Assembly (NCBI GenBank): GCA_010093605.1
Contig: MU004182.1
Coordinates: forward strand, 2,155,195 to 2,219,194
DNA from: Lophium mytilinum
Taxonomy: Eukaryota
Direction: 5' to 3'
DNA: 64,000 nt
This document shows, one piece after another, positions 37,446-50,201 of this stretch. Numbering within the stretch: the first letter of the stretch is position 1; each line of letters starts with the position of its first letter. The notes under the pieces are model-generated. The model saw only the letters and a program-made list of their open reading frames with translations. It had not been told where the DNA came from and searched no databases. The translations under genes and the position numbers were made by a program.

Positions 37446-38090
37446 TCAAACCCGGCATCGCCGCCAGATCCCTCGCGTACGCAAGACGCTACACATCCTC
37501 CATCTTCCGCTCCGCCCGCTCTCCGCCACCTCCTCCTCCGTCAACGGCGCACTGCCTTCGAAGACGAAATTCAAGGGGCGGCGCTGGGGCTGTGGGAGCT
37601 TTTCTCCTACGAGCACAGACTCATCACCCCCATCAACCTCAACCGCCGTCTGCCGCGTACTTCCCTGCTCATCACCCTCGTCAACCTCAATAGCCGTCTC
37701 CCGCGTCCTTCCCTGTGCGACAGCTTTCACAGCCCCACTCTTCGGCATCTGCCAGACCTCATCCGCCAAGCTGCTTGGTATCCTATAATTCCACCCCCCA
37801 AACAGTTTCTTGCGTTTCCTCCCCTTCTCCGCCCCTCCCACCCCATCCCCGCCGTACGCCGCATTTCCCCCGTCACGGACCGCCTGCGCGTGATTCCCCT
37901 CTTCCCACGCTTCCACAAGCTCAGGATGGGTTGCCTTTTTCGGCGTGCAGATCTCGGGCCAAGGTTGTCCGGTGACCGGGTGCGGTGCGTAGTGGATGAG
38001 GTACTCGGACATATCTTCGTCTTTGATGTAGTTGTCGGTGGGCAGGCGAGGCGGGGTGGTGGTGTGGGTGTCGATGGGTTGCTGGACCAT
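37446..38090 (-). CDS. Hypothetical protein with degenerate chromodomain-like N-terminus
   Basis: IKDEDMSEYLIHYAPHPVTGQPWPEICTPKKATHPELVEAWEE resembles fungal chromodomains (YLIxW...TG...W.P...V..WE). Repeated AIEVDEGDE/AVEVDGGDE motifs. Confidence 0.5.
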   Translation of the reverse strand: MVQQPIDTHTTTPPRLPTDNYIKDEDMSEYLIHYAPHPVTGQPWPEICTPKKATHPELVEAWEEGNHAQAVRDGGNAAYGGDGVGGAEKGRKRKKLFGGWNYRIPSSLADEVWQMPKSGAVKAVAQGRTRETAIEVDEGDEQGSTRQTAVEVDGGDESVLVGEKLPQPQRRPLNFVFEGSAPLTEEEVAESGRSGRWRMCSVLRTRGIWRRCRV

Positions 38091-38446
38091 GGCGGCGGTG
38101 TTGATGGGTTTCGGAATTGTACTGGTGGTGCTTATGTTAAGGTAGTCTGTTGCGTTAACAAGGGGCGTGTTGGATTGGAAGGATGCCTGTAGAGGATAAG
38201 GTGGGGTGAGAAGTACGTTTTATACAGTTTGTCCCATGCAATGATCACAGTAAAGGTTGACGAATGCCTGCGGAGGTGTTGAGCCGTCGCAGCACTGCGA
38301 GTATACAATGTAAGTCGCGTCCTTGGCTATGCGTGAGCATTAGGAGGTCGCCACCAGGAGCTTTCGAGCGAGCGATCACTTCGCTGACAGCTTCATCGAT
38401 TATAGAGATCAGTTCATGATATTAGACAATAAATTACACACAGGCA

Positions 38447-40770
38447 TCACCCAATGCCACCATTTCTTTGCCTGGCAGCCCAAATCGTGCTTGCGCCAGG
38501 CCCACCTCTTTTTGTATTGCCATTCGGCCACTTCTTGTTCGAGAACCCGTTCATTCCCGGAGTCGCTGGTTTCGACGCGTTGACATTGTCTGTGAGTTTT
38601 GTCCACAGTTCGACAATACCAGCACGCCTTGCTGGAAGCATGCTGTATTGGAGACTGTAGAGATTCTTCCGATGAATCGGGGGTACAAAGCGGCCGGTGA
38701 CGAGGCAGAGGAAGACGCCGGGGGAGAGATAGTGCTTCTGAAGGCGGTTGCTGAGTTCGAAGTACTCGTTGAACATAGCGGTAAGGGGCAGGGGAATTGA
38801 CTGCTATTGTGTTAGGTCAAGGTTACGGGAACGTGACGAACGGGCGCAAACCTTTAAGACAATGTAAGAGGTGGGCGCGGAGAGGTGGTGTTCCGGTAAA
38901 GGTGCGGAACGGGTATCTTGGAGATCGAAACGGATGCCGCCTTACACGAAATCAGTAATCGGTCATGAGAGTCGGTTTAGTAGGACTTACCTGGTAAACG
39001 CCGGGAGTCTTTGATGCGAAGCATTAATGCAAATAGCGGAAAGTGGTTTAAACATGCAAGCATGGTATCCAACGCAGCTTTCAGGGATATTATAGCCATT
39101 CTAGCAGACGCAAATGTAAAGTAGAAGACAAAGACGGTAGGTAGTAGGAAGAATAAGAGTGTGAAAAGGATGGTCCCGAGGAGAAGCTGATCCAGATCAT
39201 AGTCGCATGAGTCGATTCGATTGCGCAGAACATTACGCTTTTTGCCTCGAAAGAGGTGGAAGAGGGAGAAAATGATGGTGAGTTGCCAATTAAATATTCG
39301 GGCAGAGGCGATGTAGAACGAGTATATGTGCAGGGTCAACAGGGAGACAAGGTCCGAAAACAAGGATATTGGCATCGTGGCCCCGGCGAAGCTGGAGAAA
39401 CCAATGAAGTGGATGACGGCAGGGAGAAACGGCCTTAGCAAGGACATGGAGGCAGACCAATGATCAATGACCCATAGGAAGAGGTCTCCGAGAAATCCCG
39501 CCAGTTGGTTGTTGAGCTTCAGTCCACCTGGCCACTCCATGAGCCAAGAAATTGTTCGACGTAGTCCTTCGATCGACCACGTTGTGAAGATTGTGTCTAC
39601 TTGCGACGCCACATAGACGTGGTTCTCGATGATATATGAGCCCAATGCGATCCCGATGATGACGTCGTTTGCAACAAGCCATAAGCTGTTGTAAAAGCGT
39701 ATGTACTCTGGGTGGCTGTTGGTGATGCTTTCCCAGTTGCCCTTTCTCTTTCGCAGCGTCAAATATTGGATTGGCCAATAACAGAATTGTTGTAGGCGAA
39801 TGTCAACTTGCTGCGCCGTTGCTGATATGTCCTTCAAAGCAGCAGAATCTGGAGACACTCGCCATTCGAGAACGCGCATTATCATCTCGCCAGCCACTCG
39901 ATGTGCGATGAGCCCTAAGATGAAGAGTTTGGCTATTAAAGGGTATAGCCAAACGGCGGCGACGTACCATAGCCCCATGAGAACATAATCCCATAAATCG
40001 TTGGCAGACTTCACGACTGTTTCGCTGACGCTCAAGGCTCGTCGAACCCGGGTACCAATGAGGCCTACATTTTTCTGGAGAAGAGCGTTTAGCTCGAAAG
40101 AGCAATTGACTTGATCGATGATGGTGGGTAGCGACAATTCCTTCTGTGACGGTGGGCGAATAACGACGCTATGAAGCCGCAACTTTTCGACTAGTTTCTT
40201 CTTCCGCTGTCGTTCCTCCTCTTCCCGCGCCTCTACTCCTTCGAAAGCAGGATCCCATTTTCCCACCTGTTCTGGTTTATCTCCCAATGCTAATGATATC
40301 TGCTTCAATGACAGGTATTGCATGCGAGTCGGGTGTGGGCGGCGGTATAGGATGAATTGAAGGGTGATGTCGCAGTCGCCGGGGCAGAATATTCGAGGGA
40401 AGCGGGATGGGGAATCGCTGTATGCGGCTAAGAGGGCTGCGTTGAAGCTGGCAGGAGGCGACTCGGAGTTGATTGTTCCAAGGACCTGCAAGATCGATTG
40501 TCCACACCTGTCGAAGATATGGCTGATTGGATGCGGGCTGTTCCGGTAGAGGATTCCCATACGCAAGGCATGCTCGACACTCCTGATCTGTAGATTGTGA
40601 GTAAAGAGAGATCACATTCGAGGGCGGACCCATACCTCAACATCTTGCAGAATTGCCACCACAAAGACGTCCAACTCAGAATTCCTCCAGCCCACGAGAA
40701 CGCCGGGAGTCGGTGTAGTAGGCGCATCCGACGGCCAGAATATCCGCATCAGCCCATTATTTGTAACCAT
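38447..40770 (-). CDS. GPI1: GPI-GlcNAc transferase subunit Gpi1 (PIG-Q)
   Basis: Starts MVTNNGLMRIFWP (ATG 40770). Contains QQVDIRLQQFCYWP, YIRFYNSLWLVAND, WPGGLKLN, LFRGKKRNVLRNRIDSCDYDLDQLLLGTILFT and LNHFPLFALMLRIKD. Several introns. Confidence 0.93.
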
Positions 40771-40787
40771 ATCAACATAGCGCTCCC

Positions 40788-41183
40788 CTAGAACGAGCCC
40801 CGGCGTTTGAGCTGCTCACGGGCAGAGATACCGCTTCCCGCAGTGCGCGGATGCTAGGGGAAAAGTTCAGTATTCCTCCATATATTGGTAATTTGGTGAC
40901 AGCACTGACTAGGTCGATTTCTCGCGAGGCGAGGCGTTCGATGGGCAGGATGAAGAGGAAGAAGAAGACAGAGAGAATAGCGAAGGCTTTAGCGGCGCGT
41001 GTCTGCGAATTGTATCAGACGTCAAGACGCGACATGGGGGTAGGGAGGGGGGATCTGGCATACGACAACTCCGTGGTCCCAAGCGAATATTGCTAGTTCA
41101 TATAGCCGGGTGACGAGATCCCACCTGGCCGTGGAGTAGCCGGCTACGAATATTCCGGCAGTGAGGATCGAGAAGGGGTGCAT
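40788..41183 (-). CDS. 92-aa small membrane protein immediately upstream of GPI1
   Basis: Three exons (41183-41064, 41002-40910, 40853-40788) with canonical introns: MHPFSILTAGIFVAGYSTARWDLVTRLYELAIFAWDHGVV-TRAAKAFAILSVFFFLFILPIERLASREIDL-HPRTAGSGISAREQLKRRGSF*. Confidence 0.78.
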
Positions 41184-41868
41184 GAATCTCGAATTGGGAG
41201 ATGGTGGCAGCAAGCAGATGGAGCGAGGTCGTGGGAGGACTGGAGATTCGAGGCCGCGTGGGCTCTAGAAGGTGGCGGAGGGGCGACTCTGGATGTGCGG
41301 CGACGGTTCAGGCGTAGTGAAGGCGGTACTCGAGCAGATCATGGTGCATTGAGGGCATGGAGCGACGAGAGCATCACGGTGCCGTGTCCTTATGGATGCG
41401 GTTGCCAATACACGAGGCTCATTCGCTGTCCCCAGAGAAGGGGTGCGTAGAGAGGAGCACGCCAACGCAGCTGTAGTCACGGTCACGTGAAAAACATCGA
41501 GGTCGACTGCACTTCCTTACTTATACACCACCAACCCTGCGAAAATTCTCACCGGCACTTAAAACCGGCACGCTCGCAGTCATGTCGTACTATTCAAGCT
41601 ACTCCAGGTACGGTGCAAGCTTTCCCCATACTGTGCCGTGTTCTTGGCGCTTCGCTTCTTTTAAAAGGTGGCTGGGCCGCTCGTTCGGGCTTAGCGCGAG
41701 CGTGTCGCTAGCTCAATCGCATCTCAGCCTCTTTCTTAAACTCACTTCTGCCGCCGCGCTTTGGATTTTTCAACATCCGACCCCGCCGTTGTATTATTTC
41801 TATTGTGCTAATGTATTGTTCCTCGTCTGTCCAATAGAAACACGTACGGGCCCCAACGCGGCCCCACA

Positions 41869-44271
41869 ATGCCCGTTTGCCAGTTCTTCAAGCAGGGCAA
41901 CTGCAAGTTCGGAGGTACACTTCTCTCTCCACCCTCATACATTTCTCGTCGACCTCTTTTCACATCACACAAAATACCACCACTCCCAACCTCAATTCAC
42001 CATGTACTCGCTGACGATCCCCATTTATCCTCCCACAGACCGGTGCAGGAACGAGCATCCAGTCGGCCTCCAGCCGCCGAGCAACGCCAACCGCTTCGGT
42101 CCCTTGGGCCAGGCTCAGGCTCAGCAGAGTCGAGGATTCAGTGCCGGTAAGCATTCCATATCTCCTAGCATCTGCTTCGTCCCCGCCGCCTTTGAGTTTC
42201 TGCGAGCTTCCTCCATGCGGCTCGCGACGTCACGCCTCTGTCGTATCCGAATCTGTACTGACCCGCCATGCAGGGACTCAGGCGAACAAGCGCACCTGGC
42301 CGTAAGTTTCGGATCATATCCTATTGCTCTCCACGCTATTAACGTCTCTCAGGTATCATCTCAGTCCAGATACCATCAAGGACGATCTCGTCAAGGAACG
42401 CCCAGAATGGCCGCTCTCCGCCTACGGTCCGGGACGCGATGCTCCCCTCCAACTCCTCGAGGGAGGTATCGACATCAGTCCTGAAGAGATGCGCATGAGG
42501 TTCTATGCGGCCCGTGCTGCAGGACGTGAGAATCAATATGTAAGTCTCCAGCTCTGCAATCATCAACATCGACTAATACGTGGCCTAGATCGAGCAAGAG
42601 GCTGTCCTCGCCAAAGAGGCGCAGAACCAGATTGACAAGATTCTCAACGACCTCGAGGGTGCCTGCAAGTACATCGTCGATGGAGCGAACACTCCCCGCG
42701 ACCGAGCGAAGATATCCAAGGAGTCTGCCAACCCAGCCCATAGAGACTACTTCAGCATCGAGAACCAAGCCCGCGTTGCCAGGCGCAAGGCCGCCGCTAC
42801 CTCCGCCCCTTCAAATTCCTTTGGAACCTCTGCGTTTGGCCAGCCCTCTGGTCTTGGTGGAGCGCAATCGACCTTCGGCCAGCCTGCCGGCCAAGCCATA
42901 GGTTTCGGCCAACCATCCGGCTTAGGACAGGCCGCTGCTCCAGCTCAAACGTCTGCCTTCGGTCAACCGTCTCTTCCGGGTCAAACCTTGGGATTCGGCC
43001 AGCCATCAGCTCTAGGACAAGGCTCTGGGTTTGGCCAAACATCCGCCATGGGACAGAGCTCGGCTTTTGGACAACCATCTGGCCTCGGCCAGGGCACGGC
43101 ATTCGGTCAACCCGCTGCTCTGGGCCAGACTTCCGGCTTCGGACAAACTTCTATGCCTGGCCAGAAGTCTGTCTGGAGCCAGGCCGCTGCTCCAGCTCAA
43201 ACCTCTGCCTTCGGACAGCCGTCCAATCCAGGCCAGACCTCTGCCTTCGGCCAACCGTCCAATCCAGGCCAATCCGCCCCAGCTTTCGGCCAGCCAGGGT
43301 TCGGTCAGTCCGGCAATGCGGGTGCTTCTCCCTTCGCCCAGAATCAGCAGGCGCAAGCCTCCAATGCCTTTGGCGCCACCCAGCCTACGTCGACATTCGG
43401 CCAACCATCGCAGCAATCTACGTTCGGTCAGCCTGCCGGCTTTGGTCAACCCACTACTAGCGGAGATACTTCTAGCCCGTTCGCTCCAACTACTGCTCCT
43501 CCTACCGCCCCTGCTGCGAACCCTTTCGGACAATCTTCGAGCTTCGGTCAGCCCACCACCAGCGCCGCTGTTTCAAGCCCATTCTCTCAGCCCACTGCCG
43601 GCCCTACTACGAACCCTTTCGGACAGCCAGCAGGTCTGAGTCAAACAACGGGTTTCAGCCAAGCCGCCACCTCATCTAGTTCTAGCCCGTTCACTCAGCC
43701 GACTGCCGCTCCAACGACGAATCCATTTGGACAGCGCACAAGCTTCGGTCAGCCCGCTGGCGCTGCGGCTCCCACTCCCTTCGCACAACCCACTGCTGTG
43801 CCTGCATCGACTTCGTTCGGACAGCCGGTCACCGCCGCCCCATCGACCGGACTCTTCAGCCGCCACAGCGCCACTACAGGTGGTCCTTCAAACACCGCTG
43901 GCTCCCTCAATGTTCCGAAGTATCCTCCCGGCGCACCTGTCACTTCCTACAGCACTAGGAGCGCAGATGGAAAGAGGCTGCTTACCTGGAAGGGTCATCA
44001 AGTAGTCTACAAGGACAAATTGCAAGGTGGTAAGGTCGTCGGCGAGTATCCAGCCTACAAAATCAACAACAAGGACTACCAGCGTATCTGGTTCCCAGAC
44101 GGACCCCCGCCTCCTAACCCATGGGCCGAGGGCAGACCGGAGGAGTATGAGGGAGAGAATGGAGCAAAAGTTGCGCAAGCCTACCAGTTCTCCAGTGAGC
44201 ACGGGTACTACAAGGACGGGATCATGCCGAGTGTTCCGCCGAAGAGGGAGTGGATCAGTTGGGATCTCTAG
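41869..44271 (+). CDS. CCCH zinc-finger FG-repeat nucleoporin-like protein (Amo1/Nup42/NUPL2-like)
   Basis: [22 protein letters not shown] (CCCH), ERPEWPLSAYGP, DISPEEMR, many FGQP repeats, C-terminal GIMPSVPPKREWISWDL. Confidence 0.85.
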
Positions 44272-45436
44272 GTCACGGATTTTGCTGGGCGTAGTATTGG
44301 CGTCGGCGGTATAGCAGGATTCTACTGCCTTTCAAGGCGTATGGGCGGCCTTGATGGCGTTTCGAAGGACGGACATTGTATATTTTAGCGTTGATGCGGA
44401 AGCATTTCAATCATTTGATGAGCTTAGCTCTGATGTAGTGATGTGATGCTGGTTTATCGGAAGCTGCCCGTCACTATTTGAAGTCTGACACTGCTGGTCG
44501 CAGTCGGGTATGACGTGAAGTTCTTATCTATATCACGTGACTAGATAAACTTCATGATACACTTTTCCCAGTCATCTCTTCATAGAGCAACAACACACTC
44601 CTCAAGTCGTTCATTTCATGATACTCTCCCAGCTGCCCGTATCTCGTGCCGGCGAGGCTAGTTCGAAAGCATGAAACAAGAGTGACGGTCTTGGGTGAGG
44701 GCTTTGCTGGGGGCAGGTGTGTTGAATGCAGGCCTTAGCGTCTGATATCATGTGGAAGATGAGCCAATGCACAGGAATGCACCCAAGTTTGCTACCGTGA
44801 TAGCTTCCTATAGGTCATTGTGATGATCCAACAAGGTGTGTGACAGGGGAGGGAGGAAGACTTCGCTTCTCAGTTGAACACGATATCGGTGGCTTATTAA
44901 GGGCGTTGGGATGATAAGAGTATGCGATCTTCTATACGTGGCGGTCGTTTGTGGAAGGCGAGGAGGTGAAAGGAACTGCGCTATTACAAAAGTAGGATTT
45001 AAAACCACATGGAATGGAGGCTGCAACTTCGAATACTCGAGTCTTGATCTGCTATTGAAACCTTGATTGGGTTTGGAGAATGCAGAACGGATAATCTTCG
45101 AGCAGTGCTGTTTGCTAACTGCAAGAGACCAATCAAGCCCCTTTTTGCTCCACAAGCACCCCCTTCTCCTCTTATAGATAGCTAGAAAGAACAAGTTTAC
45201 TAAAGGATACTATATAAATCAGATAGATATAGTGCGCACTGCCCAAGTCAGGTAAAAGTTAAATGCTAGTCATGTGACCTGGCAGTTGAACCAATCAGAA
45301 GCCAAGAATCAAGGGCCGTGAAACCATTAGAGCGCCAGGATCATCTACAGCCTTATATCCACGCGGTCTAAAAAGAAACCTAGTCCAGTCCAATGCTTTT
45401 TTCAAGTGCCTCCATCCAGTCAACCTTCAAACGGCC

Positions 45437-47281
45437 CTAGTCTAATTCCATCAAGAGTCTTATAGAATATACAATTATCATCCACAAATCAAGAATGATA
45501 ATACTGAGTGGTAGCATCAAAGGCAGCGATGGTCCGGCATGTCTACGAGGTGGGCTGCTTCTGACCTCCCCTTCAAACACGCTGAACCGCAAAGTATCAG
45601 GAGCATTTAGATCCGCCCTCGCAATCCTGGTCTCCCTTGCCGCCATGTTGAAGGCATCCCACTCCGCGGCCACAGAGTCAGGCGAGCTTTTAAGAGCTCG
45701 TTCCAGCGCCCGACGGTGATCTACATCCAGTGCTCCCTCATCATCGCTATTGAGCCCTGAGGGTTCGAACACTGCGGGGCCATTGTAAACCCTCGGTCCT
45801 AGAAGCCATAAGGTCTCAAGCTTATATTGAGCTTTGAGCCAGAGGAAAACATCTCCCCAAAGGGGTTGCCAGTCTCCTAGGACGGGGGACTTTGTCGGAT
45901 TGAGATTGACGTTGCCGAGAGCGAGATGGCGAAGATGTTTCAGCCCGCGAAAGACTTCTCTGATGTCGTTTACAGCTGTGCCTGAGTCACCTCCTAGCAA
46001 GAGCCGAATGGATCGGGCTTCCTGCAACGCTCCTCTCTGCCTGGCGTCTTTGAGGACCGTCCATATGCTTCTTGGGAATATTGTAAAAGCTGGGTCGTAT
46101 AATGTGAGTTCGAGTCTCTCGAGCTTAGAGGCGGCGGCGAGGAGTCCCCCTAAAGCGAGTGCGTCGTCACTGAAACTGAGGTCAAACGGGAAAAAAATGC
46201 TCAGATTTAGTTGCTTGAGATTGCCAATAACAGTGGGCAGATAGGACGGGCTCAGCCGCGCAATTGTATGGCAGGCCAAGCCTTCCGAGCATAGGTTAAC
46301 GTCTTCGTAGAAGGGTGCGCCCGCCGTAGAGAGGGATGCGAGTTGCGAGTGGCTCGTCGACAGAGCTTCGAGAATGTAATCAAGTACGGAGCGACCGTCC
46401 ATGTCTTCCTCGGGGAGATAATTATTGCCGTTGGGTGGATTGCGTCCGGGGAATTGTTTGAACCCGTCCACGGTGAACGGATGGTAGCGTATGTGCTGGA
46501 GTTTTGTGAAGCGTGGTAAACTGTACGAAAGGTACTGCATGAACTCGCTAGACTGTCGAAAAGTCTGTTCGCTGTAGTAGCGACGTTTGTATGTGGCCCA
46601 CTTCCTCGAATTAGAGGAATGCTCTCTCCAAGATTCAGGGATACCGGTGAATGTCACCACCGAAAAAGTGAGCGTATTTGCCCATTTGGTGATATCCGGC
46701 ATCTCGGAAAGGTATTTGAGGCCGTCCATGCTCGCCTTAGTCGCGACAAAGGTAGTAGACTCCACCACCTTTGCAAATGATTTGATGGCAGCCCATTTCC
46801 ACTCTGAGGAGACCTGTCGTGCATTTTTGATATCCAGCTTAGAAGCTTCCGTCAGCGATTTGAACGAGCCATGGTCTTGATAGACCTCCAGTTGTTGGAT
46901 CACAATCTCAGCCAATTCTGCCGGAAGTTTGATAGAGCATTTCGGTGCTACCGAAGATGTTATTTCGAGGCCCGCCACTTTTGAAACCAGGCTGTTTGCT
47001 AGAAGAGACCACGTGTCGATAGTATGGATCGCCTCCTCCAGACAATCAGGAGGAGTTGTAAGGGAAGTTCCCATTTCGAGGTCTCGTGATTCAGGGCCAC
47101 ATTTTCCTTTAGGAAACTTCGTTAAATACTCACTATGGTAGAAGGGTTGAAATGTTTCTCTGAAGTTGGACTGGGGATCGGAACTTTGCTGATGGTGAGT
47201 TTTCCAATCGCAGTGGGGACACGAATCATATTCGGTTGAAGATACCATGGTACCCACGATTCTTCGCCTGGCTCTAGACAC
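45437..47281 (-). CDS. F-box-like protein with LRR-like C-terminus
   Basis: KLPAELAEIVIQQL...DIKNARQVSSEW (F-box-like); LKQLNL, LERLEL, LRHLAL and LETLWL repeats. Start uncertain. Confidence 0.65.
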   Translation of the reverse strand: MSRARRRIVGTMVSSTEYDSCPHCDWKTHHQQSSDPQSNFRETFQPFYHSEYLTKFPKGKCGPESRDLEMGTSLTTPPDCLEEAIHTIDTWSLLANSLVSKVAGLEITSSVAPKCSIKLPAELAEIVIQQLEVYQDHGSFKSLTEASKLDIKNARQVSSEWKWAAIKSFAKVVESTTFVATKASMDGLKYLSEMPDITKWANTLTFSVVTFTGIPESWREHSSNSRKWATYKRRYYSEQTFRQSSEFMQYLSYSLPRFTKLQHIRYHPFTVDGFKQFPGRNPPNGNNYLPEEDMDGRSVLDYILEALSTSHSQLASLSTAGAPFYEDVNLCSEGLACHTIARLSPSYLPTVIGNLKQLNLSIFFPFDLSFSDDALALGGLLAAASKLERLELTLYDPAFTIFPRSIWTVLKDARQRGALQEARSIRLLLGGDSGTAVNDIREVFRGLKHLRHLALGNVNLNPTKSPVLGDWQPLWGDVFLWLKAQYKLETLWLLGPRVYNGPAVFEPSGLNSDDEGALDVDHRRALERALKSSPDSVAAEWDAFNMAARETRIARADLNAPDTLRFSVFEGEVRSSPPRRHAGPSLPLMLPLSIIILDLWMIIVYSIRLLMELD

Positions 47282-48639
47282 ACGAAGAAACGTAGATCAA
47301 TTGGACTTTTGATTCCACAATGGGTAACCTCCTCATCATTCCTCGTTCCTTCCTTCTCCACTTCCATAACACAGAATGCCAGTTCCAATCTTGACGTCTT
47401 CGCCATTACTTCTCCCTTCATATCCTATGGAGACTTTAGCACTTCTGTCTCGCGAAGAAACTGATCTACTAGAAATATAATCGAATATTCTTGTCTAGAA
47501 CTCTAGGAAAAGGTACAGTTTGTGCGGCTTTCCCAAGCTCTTCAGGAACAACCACTAGCGGTCCTGCCTTGTACCCCTTGTTAACCTTATCCTCTGTTCA
47601 CTATAGCAACTTTGACCCGTCCTAAGAAGCACTCACGCTACTAGAATCCAACTCCATCCCTTGAATTCTGATTTCATGGGCTGTACTTGGGATTCTGCCC
47701 TTAAAATCTTCAAACACTGCAACAAGCGGCCGGATCCCAACGGCAACACCTATGGTCTGCTGGAATGTGCGACTGGCTAGACGTATGAATTTAATTAGAT
47801 CTGGGTTGAGGGTCGGTCGGAAAAAGGTGCCATGTCCTATAATAGCCTCAGTCGAGAATCATCAATGCGCTCTTGATCTGAAAGGCAGCAACATCCTTCA
47901 ATTGCGGCATCGCAAGGTAGAATGACTCCTCATAAAACCTGTACACTAGTTTGCCACTACCTGAGGAGCTTTTAAGTATTTTCAGCGTTCAGAAGAGAGA
48001 AGTGTGGCAATTTAGACAACTAGTGAGCTTATGGGTCATTTTGACAGTGACAACTTGGTGTACACGGATCAAAGGTGTATGCGCTGCCACTAGTTTCTAC
48101 TAGTACTTAGACGCCCTATCGATATTGATAGGGAAGTAAGTGTATGGATACTTATGGCAAGTCACTGTGGAGCAGACTTAGCCAAAGAGAAATATATATT
48201 TAGCTCACAGATTTCCAGACGCTCTTCCTACTCTTCATTCCCGATAGCAGACAATCTTTACGGATAATAGCGTATGTTAGCCCCTGAATTCTGCTTCGGC
48301 AGTCCCAAAATACTTATTCGGGCCGACCGCTGGCACCCTGTGGGACCCACAGCACACGCGTTCGTCAACGAATCACTATACGTCAACACTAACGTGGACT
48401 TTTCAGCTTTTGTTTATCGAACTTGGGTGGATTCGAGGTCACGCAATGCGTTTAATACTAAAGCTCCGTTAACTAGCAAGTGGCTGAATTTTCACGCTTG
48501 TATATTCTCCTTCATTCTTTATTTCATTTTCTCTTACGTGGTAATATCTACCTTTGTACTATGTACAGCCGTACTTTCGTTCCCCTGCCTGAGCACTCGT
48601 TCTATTCGGCTTCCAACCTATCAATTCTTGTCAATAGAT

Positions 48640-49716
48640 ATGCTATCTCTTAAGCTCAAGGCGATCCTGTGCCTGACACTCGCTTCATCCACTCTCGCTC
48701 AAACATCGAGTCCGTGCAATCCCACTACCAACAGTATGCCCATCCCCCTCCAGTCTAATTCTCCTGTCATAGTCTAAGCCAGAGCCACAGCAACCTGCTC
48801 CGCCGACTCCGGCCTCTCCGCGAGCACTTACAGCATCGACTTCACCAGCAGCAGCGACAACAATACCTGGACCACCACCGCCGGCAACGTCTCCTACACC
48901 TCTTCCGGCGCCGAATTCAAAATCACCAAACGCGGCGACTCGCCCACCATCCAAACATCCTGGTACCTCTTCTTCGGCGTGATAGAAGTGCACCTCCGCG
49001 CCGCACCCGGTACCGGCATCGTCTCCAGCGTCGTGCTCGAGTCCGACGACCTCGATGAAATCGACTGGGAGTTCCTCGGCGGGAACAGCAGCAAAGTCGA
49101 AACCAACTACTTCGGGAAGGGGAATACCACAAGTTACGACCGCGCGGTGTACTACGGCGTAGATGACGCGCAGAGCACTTCGCACAACTATACGGTAGAG
49201 TGGACGAAAGAGTACACCACCTGGTATGTGGATGGCAGCGCGAAGCGGACGCTGAATTACGCGGATGCGCTGCTAGGAAAGAACTATCCGCAGACGCCGA
49301 TGCGGTTGAAGTTGGGGATCTGGGCCGGTGGGGATAGCGAGGAGAATAGTGCGGGGACGGTGGAGTGGGCGGGGGGCGAGACGGATTATAGTGATGGCCC
49401 GTTTACGATGTATGTGGAGAGGGTAAAGGTGACGAACTATAATCCTGGGGGAAGCTATTCGTACCGGGATCAGACGGGGGATTTGTCGAGTATTGAGGTC
49501 AGCAATGCTACGGATGCGAATTCCACGGGAGGGAACGTGTCTGAGGTCACGGGAACGACGGCTTTGGCGACAGGGACGGCGGCCGCTGAGACGAGTACGG
49601 GGACTGCGGCTGCCGAGAAGACAGTGACGACTGGTGCGGCGTCTCTTCTGTCGTTACAGGCATCCAGTGTCGTGCTAAGTATGCTTGTCATATTGCCTGT
49701 CATTTTTGTTGCCTGA
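48640..49716 (+). CDS. GH16 Crh1-family chitin transglycosylase, secreted and GPI-anchored
   Basis: Signal peptide + QTSSPCNP; intron 48734-48790; LESDDLDEIDWE catalytic motif, NYFGKG, YPQTPM..GIWAGGD, WAGG; S/T-rich linker and hydrophobic C-terminus. Confidence 0.93.
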
Positions 49717-50201
49717 GAAATGGTTGAATTGACTCTACCAATAAGCATCTAGTTAGGGCAGGAGGAACGCATGCACTGTAGATAATCGAATAACGCATCT
49801 AGCGTAGGGTCTAGGGTGACGCAATCAATGAAAGACTTTCGAAGATGATGGCTGCTATAACAGTAAACCAATTGAGTAGGCGAAAAGAAATGATAGCATT
49901 ACTGAACCTTGACGCGAAAAGAAAAAATCGGAATACGCTGGATCGAATTGTGTAGAAGAAGCATGGTACCCATCAAGATCTCTGCCTTTGTGCAAAGAAA
50001 GTTATATCCGATCTTCTTTGTGCGCTCTCTTTAGTAGCTCAATGTATGACAGGCAGTTGAAGAATGAACGAACTAAGAGAGCTAGAAAACAAGCATTACG
50101 AACATGTTGGAAGTGCGAAAGCGCGCCATGATAAACTCTCGCGACATTAGGATGCCAATTTTCAAACCCCGGTACTTGTCATAAGCTTCTCGTTGGGAAC
50201 A

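Noticed and set aside
40788..40790. Stop-codon readthrough fusing the 92-aa ORF to Gpi1
   Set aside because: The 17-nt spacer puts the two ORFs out of frame.
42930..43830. DNA-level repeats that might suggest a CRISPR or minisatellite
   Set aside because: Explained by the FGQP repeats of the nucleoporin; eukaryotic context and no cas genes.
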